Shown here: positions 52,800-64,000 of the stretch, piece after piece
Position numbering within the stretch: the first letter of the stretch is position 1
Layout of the letters: each line of letters begins with the position of its first letter
Source: Microcoleus sp.
GTDB taxonomy: Bacteria > Cyanobacteriota > Cyanobacteriia > Cyanobacteriales > Microcoleaceae
Length of the DNA stretch: 64,000 bases
NCBI GenBank assembly: GCA_042408215.1
Contig: JAYFMW010000020.1
Location: 448,001-512,000 of the forward strand
Direction of reading: 5' to 3'
Position numbers and translations under genes: made by a program
The notes under the pieces: model-generated
What the model was told of the DNA's origin: nothing
Seen by the model: only the letters and a program-made list of their open reading frames with translations
Databases searched by the model: none

Positions 52800-54038
52800 T
52801 TATGCTGACTTTGCCATTACGGTTTGTTCTTTTAGCAGTTGGAGTGCGGCTTGATATTGCAAGTCGTCTTTGCTACCGAATTTGGCAAGCGCAATCGGCT
52901 GTAGCGGTACTACCCGATCGGGCGAAATCCCCAGTTTGTGAATATCTGTGTGGTTCGGTGTCTCGTACTTGGCAACAGTCACAGCCAACCCCGAACCATC
53001 AGACAAATCAAACAGCGACTGAATCAGCCCTTTGCCAAAAGTCTTTTCGCCCACAAGTTGAGCTCTGCCGTTATCTTGCAGCGCACCAGCCAAAATTTCG
53101 CTAGCACTGGCTGTTCCCTTATTCACCAAAACAATCAGAGGATCGTTAGTCAGGGCTTCTCCAGAGGCTTCAAAACTGCCGAGAATGCCTTGTCGGTTCA
53201 CAGTGTAGACGATCGTCCCGGAATCCAGCCACAGGCGGGCAATTTCAATCCCCGCTTGCAAAAGTCCGCCTGGGTTATTCCGCAAATCGAGAATGTAGGC
53301 GGCGGCTCCTTGTTTTTCGAGTTGGTCGATCGCATGAGCGACTTCGGTAGTGGCGTTGGCGCTGAATTGACTCAGGCGAATGTAGCCCACTGGTAAATTC
53401 TCCGGCCCAGACTGCAATGCGGCGTAAACCGGATTCAGAGCAATGCGATCGCGCAGTAACTCAATTTCAACAGGAGACTCTCTCCCTTCGCGCCCCAAGG
53501 TGAGGGTGACAGGAGTGCCAATGCGGCCGCGCATTCGAGTTGCGGCCTCGTCTAGACTCAATTCTGAGGTGGGAGTGCCATCTATTTTCAGAATGCGATC
53601 GAGGGGTTGAATGCCGGCTTGATCTGCTGGTGAACCCGCCACAGGAGCCACCACTGTCAGAGTACCGCTCTTTTGGTCGATCGCAATTTGTAGCCCCACA
53701 CCCGTGAGTTCCCCAGAAGTATTGACCTGCAAACTGCGGTACTGTTCGGGTTTCAGCAGTCGAGTAAATGGGTCGTCCAGATTTGCCAGCATCTGTTGAA
53801 TACCGGTGTAAGTCTGCTCTCGATCGTTCAGGGGTTGCTTGACAGCCTTTTCGCGAATCGACCACCAGTTGTGATGGTTGAATTTGTCATCCACATAAGA
53901 GCGGTTGACAATTCGCCAAGCTTCGCTCAAGAGTTGCTGTTCTGGGCTCAGCGCCGCCGCAGGCCCGGCGGGCCAACCTAGAACCAGGGCGACTTGGAGG
54001 ACAAGTAAAAGGGCGATCTGGGAAACTCGTCTGTGCAT
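52800..54038 (-). CDS. ctpA: C-terminal processing protease CtpA
   Basis: PDZ domain, LDLRNNPGG, TASASEI, TFGKGLIQ; upstream of petBD. Confidence 0.9.
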   Translation of the reverse strand: MHRRVSQIALLLVLQVALVLGWPAGPAAALSPEQQLLSEAWRIVNRSYVDDKFNHHNWWSIREKAVKQPLNDREQTYTGIQQMLANLDDPFTRLLKPEQYRSLQVNTSGELTGVGLQIAIDQKSGTLTVVAPVAGSPADQAGIQPLDRILKIDGTPTSELSLDEAATRMRGRIGTPVTLTLGREGRESPVEIELLRDRIALNPVYAALQSGPENLPVGYIRLSQFSANATTEVAHAIDQLEKQGAAAYILDLRNNPGGLLQAGIEIARLWLDSGTIVYTVNRQGILGSFEASGEALTNDPLIVLVNKGTASASEILAGALQDNGRAQLVGEKTFGKGLIQSLFDLSDGSGLAVTVAKYETPNHTDIHKLGISPDRVVPLQPIALAKFGSKDDLQYQAALQLLKEQTVMAKSA

Positions 54039-54742
54039 GATTGTTCGGTAAAATATGAGTAGATTGGTATCCGTTGTATTTTAAGTTTGTACGCTTTTGA
54101 GCTTTTGCACATTCAACTTGATGTCTGGGAAGGCAGAACTCATAAAGCCAGTCCTGGACGCACTGAACGGAAAAAAACCGGGTTTCTCGTTCTCATCCTC
54201 CATCTCAAATGACGCAATTACGTTAAGAAACCGGGTTTTTGCCTAAGTCCTAAAGCATCAGGTCTTTGGCAGTCGCGAACAAAAAATTAGTTAAAGTTGA
54301 CTTAACCACAGATTGAGTGAAGTTTTATGATAAATATGAAATTTTAGACCCCTTGGGTCGGCTCGCAGCATCGGACTCAGGTCTGTAGCTCGGTTCATTG
54401 CTATATAGCAGCTTGGGACGGATGTTGAGGTTTCGGACAAGGGTTTTTCAGACTGGGCAAAAGCGATCGCTCCGTGAAATCTACACGGCTATTATGTTAC
54501 ATTTCATATCATGTTCAGGAATTCGATCGGGCAACGCCAGCAAAGGGAAACCAGCTCTAGCTCCGTTTCCTAGGGAAGCGTGTTACCGCAAAATAGAGTT
54601 CCTCTCGTCAGCTCCAAATATTAAAATAGCCGAAGGTAGTTGCTAGCAAAAGCCAACTGACCATCGTGGGGCGACCAAAAATCCTTGTGGCTGCGGCCCT
54701 AAATCTCAACCACAGCAATATTCTTTTAGGAATTCTGGCTCA

Positions 54743-55411
54743 ATGTTTTCTAAACAAATCACCGAATCAAAAACCTTCCAGTGGTTTGACGAACGCCTGG
54801 AAATTCAGGCGCTCGCCGACGACATCACTACCAAGTATGTACCCCCCCACGTCAATATCTTCTACTGCTTGGGCGGAATCACTCTGGTTTGTTTTCTGAT
54901 CCAGTTTGCCACCGGCTTCGCCATGACATTCTATTACCGTCCCACGGTAGCAGAAGCTTTTTCCTCAGTGCAATACATCATGAATGAAGTCAGCTTCGGT
55001 TGGCTGATTCGCTCCATCCACCGCTGGTCTGCCAGCATGATGGTGCTGATGATGATTCTCCACATCTTCCGGGTTTACCTGACCGGTGGCTTCAAAAAGC
55101 CCCGCGAACTAACCTGGGTGACAGGAGTAATTTTGGCAGTCATCACTGTTTCTTTCGGTGTGACAGGCTACTCGCTACCTTGGGATCAAATTGGTTACTG
55201 GGCCGTCAAAATCGTTTCCGGTGTTCCCGAAGCTATCCCGTTTGTTGGTTCTTTAATGGTTGAGCTGCTGCGTGGTGGCACTAGCGTCGGTCAAGGCACT
55301 TTGAGCCGCTATTACAGCTTGCACACTTTTGTGTTGCCTTGGCTGATTGCAGTATTCATGCTGGCCCACTTCTTGATGATTCGCAAGCAAGGCATCTCTG
55401 GTCCGTTGTAA
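54743..55411 (+). CDS. petB: Cytochrome b6
   Basis: [15 protein letters not shown]...[10 protein letters not shown]. Confidence 0.99.
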   Translation: MFSKQITESKTFQWFDERLEIQALADDITTKYVPPHVNIFYCLGGITLVCFLIQFATGFAMTFYYRPTVAEAFSSVQYIMNEVSFGWLIRSIHRWSASMMVLMMILHIFRVYLTGGFKKPRELTWVTGVILAVITVSFGVTGYSLPWDQIGYWAVKIVSGVPEAIPFVGSLMVELLRGGTSVGQGTLSRYYSLHTFVLPWLIAVFMLAHFLMIRKQGISGPL

Positions 55412-55529
55412 GTTTTGAGTTGTGGGGGTGATATTTTTTTGCCCCCGCTGAGTTTTGAGTTGAAAATTCAGAATTCATCACTCATGATATTTATTTCCAG
55501 CCAACAACTAAAAGGAGAACACTCTCACT

Positions 55530-56012
55530 ATGTCTATTCTCAAAAAACCGGATTTGAGCGATCCAGCGCTCCGCGCTAAACTCGCTCAGGGCATGGGTCA
55601 CAACTATTACGGCGAACCAGCTTGGCCGAATGACTTGCTCTATGTTTTCCCTGTAGTAATTACGGGAACGATCGCTCTGTGCGTCGCTTTGGCTGTGCTT
55701 GACCCGGCTTTGGTTGGAGAACCGGCTAATCCTTTTGCTACTCCGCTAGAAATTCTGCCGGAATGGTATTTGTGGCCTGTGTTCCAACTCCTGCGCGTTC
55801 TGCCTAACAAATTGTTGGGTATTGCTTGCATGGCAGCTGTTCCCCTGGGTTTGATTTTGATTCCGTTCATCGAGAACGTTAACAAGTTCCAAAATCCGTT
55901 CCGTCGCCCTGTGGCTACTACTGTTTTCCTATTGGGAACTGCCATAACTCTGTGGTTGGGTATTGGTGCTATTTTCCCGATCGACAAATCTTTTACGCTG
56001 GGCCTTTTCTAA
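55530..56012 (+). CDS. petD: Cytochrome b6f subunit IV
   Basis: [22 protein letters not shown]. Confidence 0.99.
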   Translation: MSILKKPDLSDPALRAKLAQGMGHNYYGEPAWPNDLLYVFPVVITGTIALCVALAVLDPALVGEPANPFATPLEILPEWYLWPVFQLLRVLPNKLLGIACMAAVPLGLILIPFIENVNKFQNPFRRPVATTVFLLGTAITLWLGIGAIFPIDKSFTLGLF

Positions 56013-56419
56013 AACTTCAGCTTGCTTGATTTTGACGCCTGCGGGTTTTCTAGAAGTGCTTTTGTACTGGTGGGAAACTTGAGCGGGCGTCATTTTATTT
56101 GGTTGCTATAATTAAACATAATTAATTAATTAATTAATTTGATCATCTCGGTATAAATATAGCAACCGCCTTAAAGAAATGTTCCGATTTTAGCGAAGGG
56201 CCAATGGCAGAGATCAGAAGTTAGATCACATCCGCTACCATCGGAATTGTAAAATCGAGTCAAGTGGCCACCAAATATAAGCGCAATTTTCAGTTTTTCG
56301 ACTCACGGTCAACAGTCAACAGTCAACAGTCAACAGTCAACAATCAACAGTCAACAATCATTGCTGAGTGCAACCGGAATCGATATTAATGGTCAATATT
56401 AAATTAAATTTAAAAGCAG

Positions 56420-59400
56420 ATGATCGCCAATAAAATACCGCCGATAAAAGCATTAAATAAAGCATTCCTTAAGGTGAAACCCAATCGAGATGATTTTGAA
56501 CAATTTAAACACAATCTGATTAGATTAATCGACCACATTAACGAAGCAGAATCGGAGGAATTTCACAAAAATCTGGTGGCGCAGTTTTTGCGTGAGACTT
56601 ATTATGGAGCCAATCATTTCATCAACACAAAAGGACACAATGACCTAGTTATTCATAACGGAAAAAATGCCAAAAACAGCGTTGGTGTCATTCTGGAAGC
56701 TAAAAAGCCAACTAACAAAGGCGAGATGCTTAAGGTTGACAATCTGAATAGCAAAGCCTTTCAGGAATTGGTACTCTATTTTTTGCGCGATCGCATTTCG
56801 GGAAAAAACCTTGAAATCAAATATTTAGTCGCAACCAATGTTTACGAGTGGTTCATTTTTGATGCTGGTACTTTTGAAAAATCCTTTGCTCAGAATCAAC
56901 AACTGGTAAAGCGATTTACCGATTTTGAAGCAGGAAGACTAACCGGCAAAAAAACTGACTTTTTCTATCAAGAAATTGCGGCACCTGCTATTGAAGCAAT
57001 CAAAGACGAGATTACTTTTACCCATTTCGATCTTCGAGACTACGAACAATTTTTAAGGAATGCCGAAAAGCAAGATGACAATCAACTAATTCCACTATTT
57101 AAGCTGCTTTCACCAGAGCATTTATTGAAATTACCGTTGGCGAACGATAGCAACAGCCTCGATAAAGCATTTTACAGCGAGTTACTGCACATCATCGGTT
57201 TGACGGAAACCAAAGCAGGCGGCAAAAAACTCATCGGGCGGAAAAAAGAAGGCCGCCATATTGGTGCACTGATTGAAAATGCGATGGAGCAACTTGATAG
57301 TTTAGACAAAATCTCCCGACTCGAAAAACCAGAACAGTTTGGCGATACTTACCAAGACAGACTGTTTAATGTTGGCTTAGAATTAGCAATCACTTGGGTA
57401 AATCGCATCCTGTTCCTGAAATTATTAGAAGCGCAGTTAATTAAATATCACAAAAGCGATAAATCCTTGGCATTTTTGAATTTCAGCAAAGTAAATAACT
57501 ATGACGATTTGAATAGCCTTTTCTTTAGCGTTTTGGCGCGCCAACCACAGGAAAGAAGTAGTAGTATACAAAATATTTTCGCCAAGGTTCCTTATTTAAA
57601 CAGTTCATTATTTGAGCTAACCGAACTCGAACACTTAACTATTTCTATTAGCAATCTCCGGGATGAGAATCTGCCGATTTTATCATCTAGCGTCTTGAAA
57701 GATAGCAACGGGAAAAAGCGCACAGGCGAACTTAATGGCTTGGAATATTTATTTGAATTTCTGAATGCTTACGATTTCAGCAGCGAAGGTTCATCAGAAA
57801 TTAAGGAAGACAATAAACGGCTGATTAATGCTTCTGTGCTTGGGTTAATTTTTGAGAAAATCAACGGTTATAAAGATGGAGCTTTCTTTACTCCAGGCTT
57901 CATTACGATGTATATGTGCCGCGAAACTATTCGTAGGGCGGTTTTGCAAAAGTTTAATCAGACTAATAGCTGGGAATGCCAAAATATGGATCAGTTGTAC
58001 GATAAAATTACAGACAAAAAAGCAGCTAACCAGACGATCAATAGTCTCAAAATTTGCGATCCGGCTGTGGGTTCGGGACACTTCTTAGTTTCGGCGCTCA
58101 ATGAAATTATTGCGATTAAAAGTGAACTAAAAATTTTGCTTGACAGACAAGGGAAAACTTTAAGAGATTATCAAGTAGAAGTTGTCAATGATGAGTTAAT
58201 TGTCACCGATGATGATGGGTTATTATTTGAGTATAATCCCAAAAGCCCGGAAAGTCAACGGATACAAGAAACTCTATTTCACGAAAAGCAAACAATTATT
58301 GAAAACTGTTTGTTTGGTGTGGATATTAACCCTAATTCCGTCAAAATATGTCGGTTACGTTTATGGATTGAGCTTTTGAAAAATGCCTATTACAAGGAAG
58401 AACCCCCCCAACCCCCCTTATTAAGGGGGGATTATTCACTCAAAGTCCCCCTTTTTAAGGGGGATTTAGGGGGTTCTCCTTACAAGGAAGAACCCCTCCA
58501 ACCCTCCTTATTAAGGGGGGAGAATTCACTCAAAGTCCCCCTTTTTAAGGGGGATTTAGGGGGTTCTCCTTACAAGGAAGAACCCCTCCAACCCCCCTTA
58601 TTAAGGGGGGAGAATTCACTCAAAGTCCCCCTTTTTAAGGGGGATTTAGGGGGATCTCCGGGTTTGAAAACACGCCCTAGGGGGGAGCGACTAGAAACTT
58701 TGCCGAACATTGATATCAATATCAAATGTGGTAATTCTTTGATTAGCCGTTTTGCGTTGGATAGTGATTTGCGACAAGCTTTAAGGAAAAGCAAGTGTGA
58801 TATTGATAGTTACAAAAATGCTGTACAAACTTACCGCAATGCTGAAAGTAAGGAGCAAAAACGGGAAATGGAAGGCATCATCTCATCTATTAAGGGAAAT
58901 TTTCGCACAACACTTTATGGGAATGATTCAAAAAAGACTAAGTTGAGAAATCTTGAGGGTGAGCGTTATAATTTAGAGAATCAAATGTTGTTGTTTCAGG
59001 AATCAACGACGGAGCAAAAGGCACGGGAAAAGAAAATCACTAAGTTAAGTAATGAGATCGATCGGTTAGAAGTTGAAATTGAGGAAATAGAAAGTGGCAA
59101 AATTTACGAAAATGCGTTTGAATGGCGGTTTGAGTTTCCTGAATTGCTGAATAATGATGGTGATTTTGTGGGTTTTGATGTGGTGATTGGAAATCCACCT
59201 TGGGGGGCCAATATAGATCCTAATCAGCTTAAACATATAAAAGCTATGAATTCTGACATTGTTGTTAGGATGGTAGATTCTTTTATGTTTTTTATTAATT
59301 TAACATTTTCCCTGAAATCAAAATTTGGTCTGGTATGTCAAATTATTCCTGATGTGATTTTATATCAAATTGACAATGAAAAGTTGCGCGAAAAAATATT

Positions 59401-60424
59401 CAATAAATCTCAATTAGAGATAGCTTTGAATTTAGGAGATGCAATTTTTGAAGATGTCTCAAGACCTGCTTGCATCATACTCCTCACATCTAACATTAGC
59501 AATATTTCTTGGATTGGCGAATATTCTGTTGGTGGCTCTGACAAGCTATCTAATATTTTACTAACAAAAATCAATACATCTTTTTTCGAGGATATTCCCA
59601 ATAAAGCTATTCCTACAAAAAATATTAGTGGTTATCAAATAATTAATAAATATAAACATACCAGATTGATTGAGTTAGTAGATAATGATGAGATTCAAAG
59701 AGGAATCAGTCCTGATTTTAAAGATGCTTTTATTGTTGACGATCAAATTATTCACAGATGTTTATTGGAAAAAGATTTTATTTTTTCTACGATTACAGGT
59801 GGTCGAGATCTCAAAAAATATCTAGTTCAAGATGTTGGTAAGAAAATTATTTATACACAAAAAAGCGACGCTTGTCAACTTATTCCTAATATTCTCAACT
59901 ATCTACAAACGTTTAAGGAGCAGATAACTTGTCCAGAGGTTGAGGAAGGTAAACATCCTTTTTGGTCTTTGCATCGACCAAGAAATAAAAAAATATTTCT
60001 TAAACAAGAAAAGATTATTGGTGTAATTACTGGAGACAGAATAATTGTGGGATTAGATGTTAATCAAATATTTCCGACAGATGGATTGTATGTAATGGCG
60101 AGTAATGGGAAATATTCAAATAAATTGCTGGTTGGAGTTTTGAACTCAAAATTATTAACTTATTTCTATAGATTGTTATCTATGGAAGTGAATAGAACCT
60201 TGGCGCAAATTAAACCAACTATTTTAAAGAATTTACCTGTTCAATTTGACAATGAAAAAATTGTAATACGAATTGAATCAATAGTCGATCAAATCCTGAG
60301 CGCCAAAAAATCCGATCCCAAAGCAGACACCACAGAATTAGAAAAAGAAATAGATCAACTGGTTTATCAGTTGTATGAATTGACGGCTGAGGAAATTAAA
60401 ATTGTAGAGGGAGAGATCCGTTAG
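56420..60424 (+). CDS. Type IIG restriction-modification fusion (Eco57I-like)
   Basis: N-terminal D..EAK nuclease motif, DPAVGSGHF, GNPPW methyltransferase motifs, C-terminal TRD-like region and IDQLVYQLYELT tail. Confidence 0.88.
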   Translation: MIANKIPPIKALNKAFLKVKPNRDDFEQFKHNLIRLIDHINEAESEEFHKNLVAQFLRETYYGANHFINTKGHNDLVIHNGKNAKNSVGVILEAKKPTNKGEMLKVDNLNSKAFQELVLYFLRDRISGKNLEIKYLVATNVYEWFIFDAGTFEKSFAQNQQLVKRFTDFEAGRLTGKKTDFFYQEIAAPAIEAIKDEITFTHFDLRDYEQFLRNAEKQDDNQLIPLFKLLSPEHLLKLPLANDSNSLDKAFYSELLHIIGLTETKAGGKKLIGRKKEGRHIGALIENAMEQLDSLDKISRLEKPEQFGDTYQDRLFNVGLELAITWVNRILFLKLLEAQLIKYHKSDKSLAFLNFSKVNNYDDLNSLFFSVLARQPQERSSSIQNIFAKVPYLNSSLFELTELEHLTISISNLRDENLPILSSSVLKDSNGKKRTGELNGLEYLFEFLNAYDFSSEGSSEIKEDNKRLINASVLGLIFEKINGYKDGAFFTPGFITMYMCRETIRRAVLQKFNQTNSWECQNMDQLYDKITDKKAANQTINSLKICDPAVGSGHFLVSALNEIIAIKSELKILLDRQGKTLRDYQVEVVNDELIVTDDDGLLFEYNPKSPESQRIQETLFHEKQTIIENCLFGVDINPNSVKICRLRLWIELLKNAYYKEEPPQPPLLRGDYSLKVPLFKGDLGGSPYKEEPLQPSLLRGENSLKVPLFKGDLGGSPYKEEPLQPPLLRGENSLKVPLFKGDLGGSPGLKTRPRGERLETLPNIDINIKCGNSLISRFALDSDLRQALRKSKCDIDSYKNAVQTYRNAESKEQKREMEGIISSIKGNFRTTLYGNDSKKTKLRNLEGERYNLENQMLLFQESTTEQKAREKKITKLSNEIDRLEVEIEEIESGKIYENAFEWRFEFPELLNNDGDFVGFDVVIGNPPWGANIDPNQLKHIKAMNSDIVVRMVDSFMFFINLTFSLKSKFGLVCQIIPDVILYQIDNEKLREKIFNKSQLEIALNLGDAIFEDVSRPACIILLTSNISNISWIGEYSVGGSDKLSNILLTKINTSFFEDIPNKAIPTKNISGYQIINKYKHTRLIELVDNDEIQRGISPDFKDAFIVDDQIIHRCLLEKDFIFSTITGGRDLKKYLVQDVGKKIIYTQKSDACQLIPNILNYLQTFKEQITCPEVEEGKHPFWSLHRPRNKKIFLKQEKIIGVITGDRIIVGLDVNQIFPTDGLYVMASNGKYSNKLLVGVLNSKLLTYFYRLLSMEVNRTLAQIKPTILKNLPVQFDNEKIVIRIESIVDQILSAKKSDPKADTTELEKEIDQLVYQLYELTAEEIKIVEGEIR
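58391..58690 (+). repeat. In-frame 3 x 90 bp GC-palindrome insertion in the R-M gene
   Basis: Units start at 58391, 58481, 58571; followed by GTTTGAAAACACGCCCTAG, the terminus seen at about 23451-23469. Confidence 0.9.
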
Positions 60425-61714
60425 AGTCTCGGTTTGAGAGCAAAAGGTGGGTCAGCAAAATTCACCCTTGATCCCAAATCTGTCAGACAACATTTTTCTC
60501 AATACATTGCTACCACGTTCTACAAATTAAGCTTCGGTTTCAACCTCGGATGGATCGCTAATACGGTCACTAAATTCAGGTATGAATGCTTCATCTCGGA
60601 CTAAATTAGAAACCTTCTCTGAAAATTCCTGCTTCCGATCATTTAGCAGCAAGGAAACTGGTATCAAAGAGCAGTAGGTAGCTACCACTAGAGAAGGCTG
60701 AATATCTGAGAGCGACATATTAGATGCTGGTAAAGGTTGAGTAGGTGACTCCTCAGCCTCATCCATAAAGTCTTTAAAGCTGCTGATGATTTACCCTCAT
60801 TTTTTTTGCTGTTTTCCCATTGTCTATAAAAAGCATCAAGCAACTCTTCAAAGGCTTTAATAATTTCTTCAATGATTTGATGTCTTGTTTTCTAATCTAG
60901 GCTATCCCATAGTTGCGAGAACCATTTGAACAATTAAAATAACAAATTAAAGATCATTGCTTTCCCCTAAACCAAGTTAAAATACTGCTTCGGCAATTTA
61001 CAGGTATGACACCGAGAGATTAGAGAACGAATTGAACAATCGTACTTTTGTACAGTACGATCCCGTGGCGAGATCGCAGAGCGCGATGGTGAGCAATGCT
61101 GCGCCACTGGGTGGTCAAAAGCTGTCATAAAACTTCTTGCAATTGCAAATCCGGTTTGAATACTCCTTTTATCTATTGGTCTTGGAAGACTAACTTTGTT
61201 TGTGTATTCGCGATTTAAATCTCATAATGATCGAGGGGAAACAACCCGGATATGATTTATTTACCAGCAGCTTTTTAGCACCTTGTGTTAGTGTATTTTT
61301 AAGCAGGGTTTGGCACTTGATGCACTCTAAATAATTTCCCAATGTGGGCATCTGATTCTTGAAACTCATGTTACTAATAGAACTGTGTTTGTGCAGTTCA
61401 TTGTGAGTTGCTCCGGCGGCGACTGTGTTGTGAATTAGAAGTTAAACGGCTCCGTGCGATCGTCTTGTAGCAATTTAGTGTTTTGTACGGAATCATGTAA
61501 GAGAGCGGTGTATCCAGTTGTAAGAGTAGTTGAATAACTACTGAGGAGGAGCGAAAAAGCCGTCAGATATCACTCCGGCAGCAGATGCTGTATCAACAGC
61601 ATTGAATCCGTCTGTTTTCTATACTACGTAAATAGCCTTGCAACGACTGAGACGCTACTTAATCAAGTAGATCGTCATCTAAGTAACACTTTTTTTGGGG
61701 AAGGACACAATTTT

Positions 61715-62893
61715 ATGACCACAATAATGCAGCTCTTAATCCACATTAGAGGTGGAGTTTCTCTTGTTATGAGTTCTGTACTTGCGCTTGGAAAACATTT
61801 TCGACTTGGGATAATTTTGGCTTTCGCGTGTCTTGCTTGTATTTTGAGTTCTGTTCCTGCTGTTTCGCAAGGTCAGTTACCTAATCCTATAAAAATAGGA
61901 GTTAGAACTGTTGCTTCCGCAATCGGCAATAATATAAGTACAAATAAAGCATATGGCTTCTGTGGCACTTTTGGTGAGGAGCTACAAGAGGAGTTAAAGA
62001 AGTTAGCTCCTAATGGTAAACGAATTGAAGTTGAATATCATGAGATTAAGAATGAAGGTCTTGGATACAAATACCCTAGGTATGATGGTTTGAATAAAGA
62101 AATAATTCATATTGAATGTGGTCCTAATTCAATACCATCTGATAATCTGAAAACTGCTGTCGGCATTAAGTTTTCAGATAGTTTCCATAAAACCGGGGTA
62201 AAGTTGCTATTACCAGAGAAATTAGTTGAGGATTTGAATTCAAAACGTCGGAATGTGAAAGATATAAAAGTTGGTGTTGTCAAGGAAACCACCACATCCA
62301 ACCTGTTAGAAGGTATTGTGGATAACATTCGTCCATATGATACGAGGGATGAAGCTTTAAATGCTCTTCTTGATAAAAATGTTAAGGAAATAGAGGCATT
62401 TGCTAGTGATGCACTTATTTTGCAGACTATTTTAGATAGTGGATATAACTCTAAAGAACCCTTCAACAGAAAAGGATACACTATTTTCAAAAAAGATGGT
62501 TACTTGACTTCATTACCAACAGAAGACTATGTTATGGCAGTCAAGGAAAACACGCCCTTTTCTAACAAACTAATTGAGTCGATCAATCGGACATTGAAGC
62601 GAGATAAAATATCTCAAGCAAGGAAAGAATTAGAGCAGATTGAAGATTCTACTCCAACTACTCCACCTACTTCAGGTATACTACTAAGGTTGCAGGAGTT
62701 TTTGTCGAGTATATTTACTGAAATATTGGGTGTATTTATTACACTATTGAGTACGTTTATTATACTACTAAAGCGTACAAGGCTCGAACAAAGGGAACAT
62801 CTAAGACTTTTTTTGTGGATTTTAGGGGCGGTATTGTGTGTATTAGGAGTTATAATCATAATTGCGATTTGGCTGCAATACAAAAAGCTTTAA
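61715..62893 (+). CDS. Amino-acid-type substrate-binding domain protein with C-terminal TM helices
   Basis: GFC, IECGPNSI, VGVVKETTT, AFASDALIL; two hydrophobic helices at the end; start uncertain. Confidence 0.7.
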   Translation: MTTIMQLLIHIRGGVSLVMSSVLALGKHFRLGIILAFACLACILSSVPAVSQGQLPNPIKIGVRTVASAIGNNISTNKAYGFCGTFGEELQEELKKLAPNGKRIEVEYHEIKNEGLGYKYPRYDGLNKEIIHIECGPNSIPSDNLKTAVGIKFSDSFHKTGVKLLLPEKLVEDLNSKRRNVKDIKVGVVKETTTSNLLEGIVDNIRPYDTRDEALNALLDKNVKEIEAFASDALILQTILDSGYNSKEPFNRKGYTIFKKDGYLTSLPTEDYVMAVKENTPFSNKLIESINRTLKRDKISQARKELEQIEDSTPTTPPTSGILLRLQEFLSSIFTEILGVFITLLSTFIILLKRTRLEQREHLRLFLWILGAVLCVLGVIIIIAIWLQYKKL

Positions 62894-63009
62894 CTCTAAG
62901 TGCGTTAGACTGTGAGTAAAGACTAATGAAATAGAATTGCTGCATACAAGTGCAGCCGGACTGGATCGAACTAAGCTAAACTAAGTTAGGTAAATGACTT
63001 GATATACTG

Positions 63010-64000
63010 ATGACTATTTTTACTCTGCGATCGATCAAAAAAGACTTCGGCATCAAAGAACTCTTGACAGATGCCAGTTTCAGCCTCGATGAAGGCGATA
63101 AAGTCGGACTCATCGGCACCAACGGTTCCGGGAAATCAACGCTGCTGAAGATGATTGCGGGCTTGGAATCCATCGACTCTGGCGATCGCTGGGTCAATCC
63201 CGGCGCTACAATTGTCTACCTCCCCCAACAGCCCGATTTGGACGAAAATCACACGGTTTTAGAGCAAGTATTTGCCGACAGTGGCGAACAAATGGCTTTG
63301 GTGCGCGAATACGAGGAAATTTCCGATCAATTGTCCCACGGCAAAGGCGACACAGACAAGTTGATGGCGCGACTGTCTGCGGTGTCTGAACGCATTGATG
63401 AGGTGGATGCGTGGGATTTGGAAACTAAGGCAAAATTGATTTTGACTAAGTTGGGAATTGAGGATTTTGATGCCAAAATTGGGGATTTGTCCGGCGGCTA
63501 CCGCAAGCGAATTGCCTTAGCAACGGCTTTACTTTCGGAACCAGATGTGTTGTTGATGGATGAACCGACTAACCACTTGGATGCGCTGTCGGTGGAGTGG
63601 TTGCAGAATTATTTGAACGGCTACCGGGGTGCTTTGCTGCTGATTACGCACGATCGCTATTTTCTCGATCGCGTCACCAATCGCATTCTAGAGATCGATC
63701 GCGGCGACCTTTACAATTATGCGGGCAATTACGCTTATTACTTGGAGAAAAAAGCCTTAGCTGAAGACTCAGCCACCAGCACTCAGCGCAAACACGCGGG
63801 AGTATTGCGGCGTGAGTTGGAATGGCTCAAAAAGGGGCCTAAAGCGCGCAGTACGAAGCAAAAGGCTCGGATCGATCGAATTAAAGATATGCGCGCAGAG
63901 GAGTTCAAAACAGCCAATGGCAAAGTCGAGATTGCTACAGCGGGGCGCCGGATTGGTAAGAAAGTTATTGAGTTAGTCAATATCTGTAAAGCTTATGGCG
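63010..64000 (+). CDS. ABC-F ATPase (Uup-like), runs off the window
   Basis: MTIFTLRSIKKDFG...GTNGSGKST, LSGGYRKR, MDEPTNHLD, ITHDRYFLD. Confidence 0.92.
   Translation, partial: MTIFTLRSIKKDFGIKELLTDASFSLDEGDKVGLIGTNGSGKSTLLKMIAGLESIDSGDRWVNPGATIVYLPQQPDLDENHTVLEQVFADSGEQMALVREYEEISDQLSHGKGDTDKLMARLSAVSERIDEVDAWDLETKAKLILTKLGIEDFDAKIGDLSGGYRKRIALATALLSEPDVLLMDEPTNHLDALSVEWLQNYLNGYRGALLLITHDRYFLDRVTNRILEIDRGDLYNYAGNYAYYLEKKALAEDSATSTQRKHAGVLRRELEWLKKGPKARSTKQKARIDRIKDMRAEEFKTANGKVEIATAGRRIGKKVIELVNICKAYG

Noticed and set aside
60527..60766. 79-aa ORF
   Set aside because: May be a degraded gene fragment, but no family can be supported from the sequence
62885..62970. Integron attC site
   Set aside because: TAAC..GTTAG spacing is too short, the inner boxes are absent and there is no integrase

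Overview
Window from a filamentous cyanobacterium of the Microcoleus/Oscillatoriales type (abundant HIP1 GCGATCGC, heptamer STRR tracts, psaM, petB/petD, ctpA, rpoZ). 0.1-6 kb is a surface-glycan modification cluster. 6-26 kb is mostly core and conserved-hypothetical genes separated by REP-like tandem arrays and palindromic MITE-like elements, plus a tnpB-only IS. After tRNA-Pro(GGG), about 26.7-52 kb is accessory. It holds a response-regulator trio, a PLP-enzyme/methyltransferase fusion with a divergent AraC regulator, a decaying OvoA-like/EgtD thiohistidine locus between two MscS genes, a B12 radical SAM gene, and nested IS200/IS605 and IS607 elements. The window ends with ctpA, petBD, a type IIG restriction-modification gene carrying an in-frame palindromic repeat insertion, and a partial ABC-F gene. 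The main unannotated signal is four ~290-330 bp protein-free mini-elements from three sequence families. Each joins an IS200/IS605 left end to the TnpB omegaRNA-scaffold region and right end. All four lie immediately after TTAT, two carry extended -10 promoters, and both copies of one family sit precisely inside other tnpB genes. All calls are by eye from motifs and manual alignment; no database searches were run.
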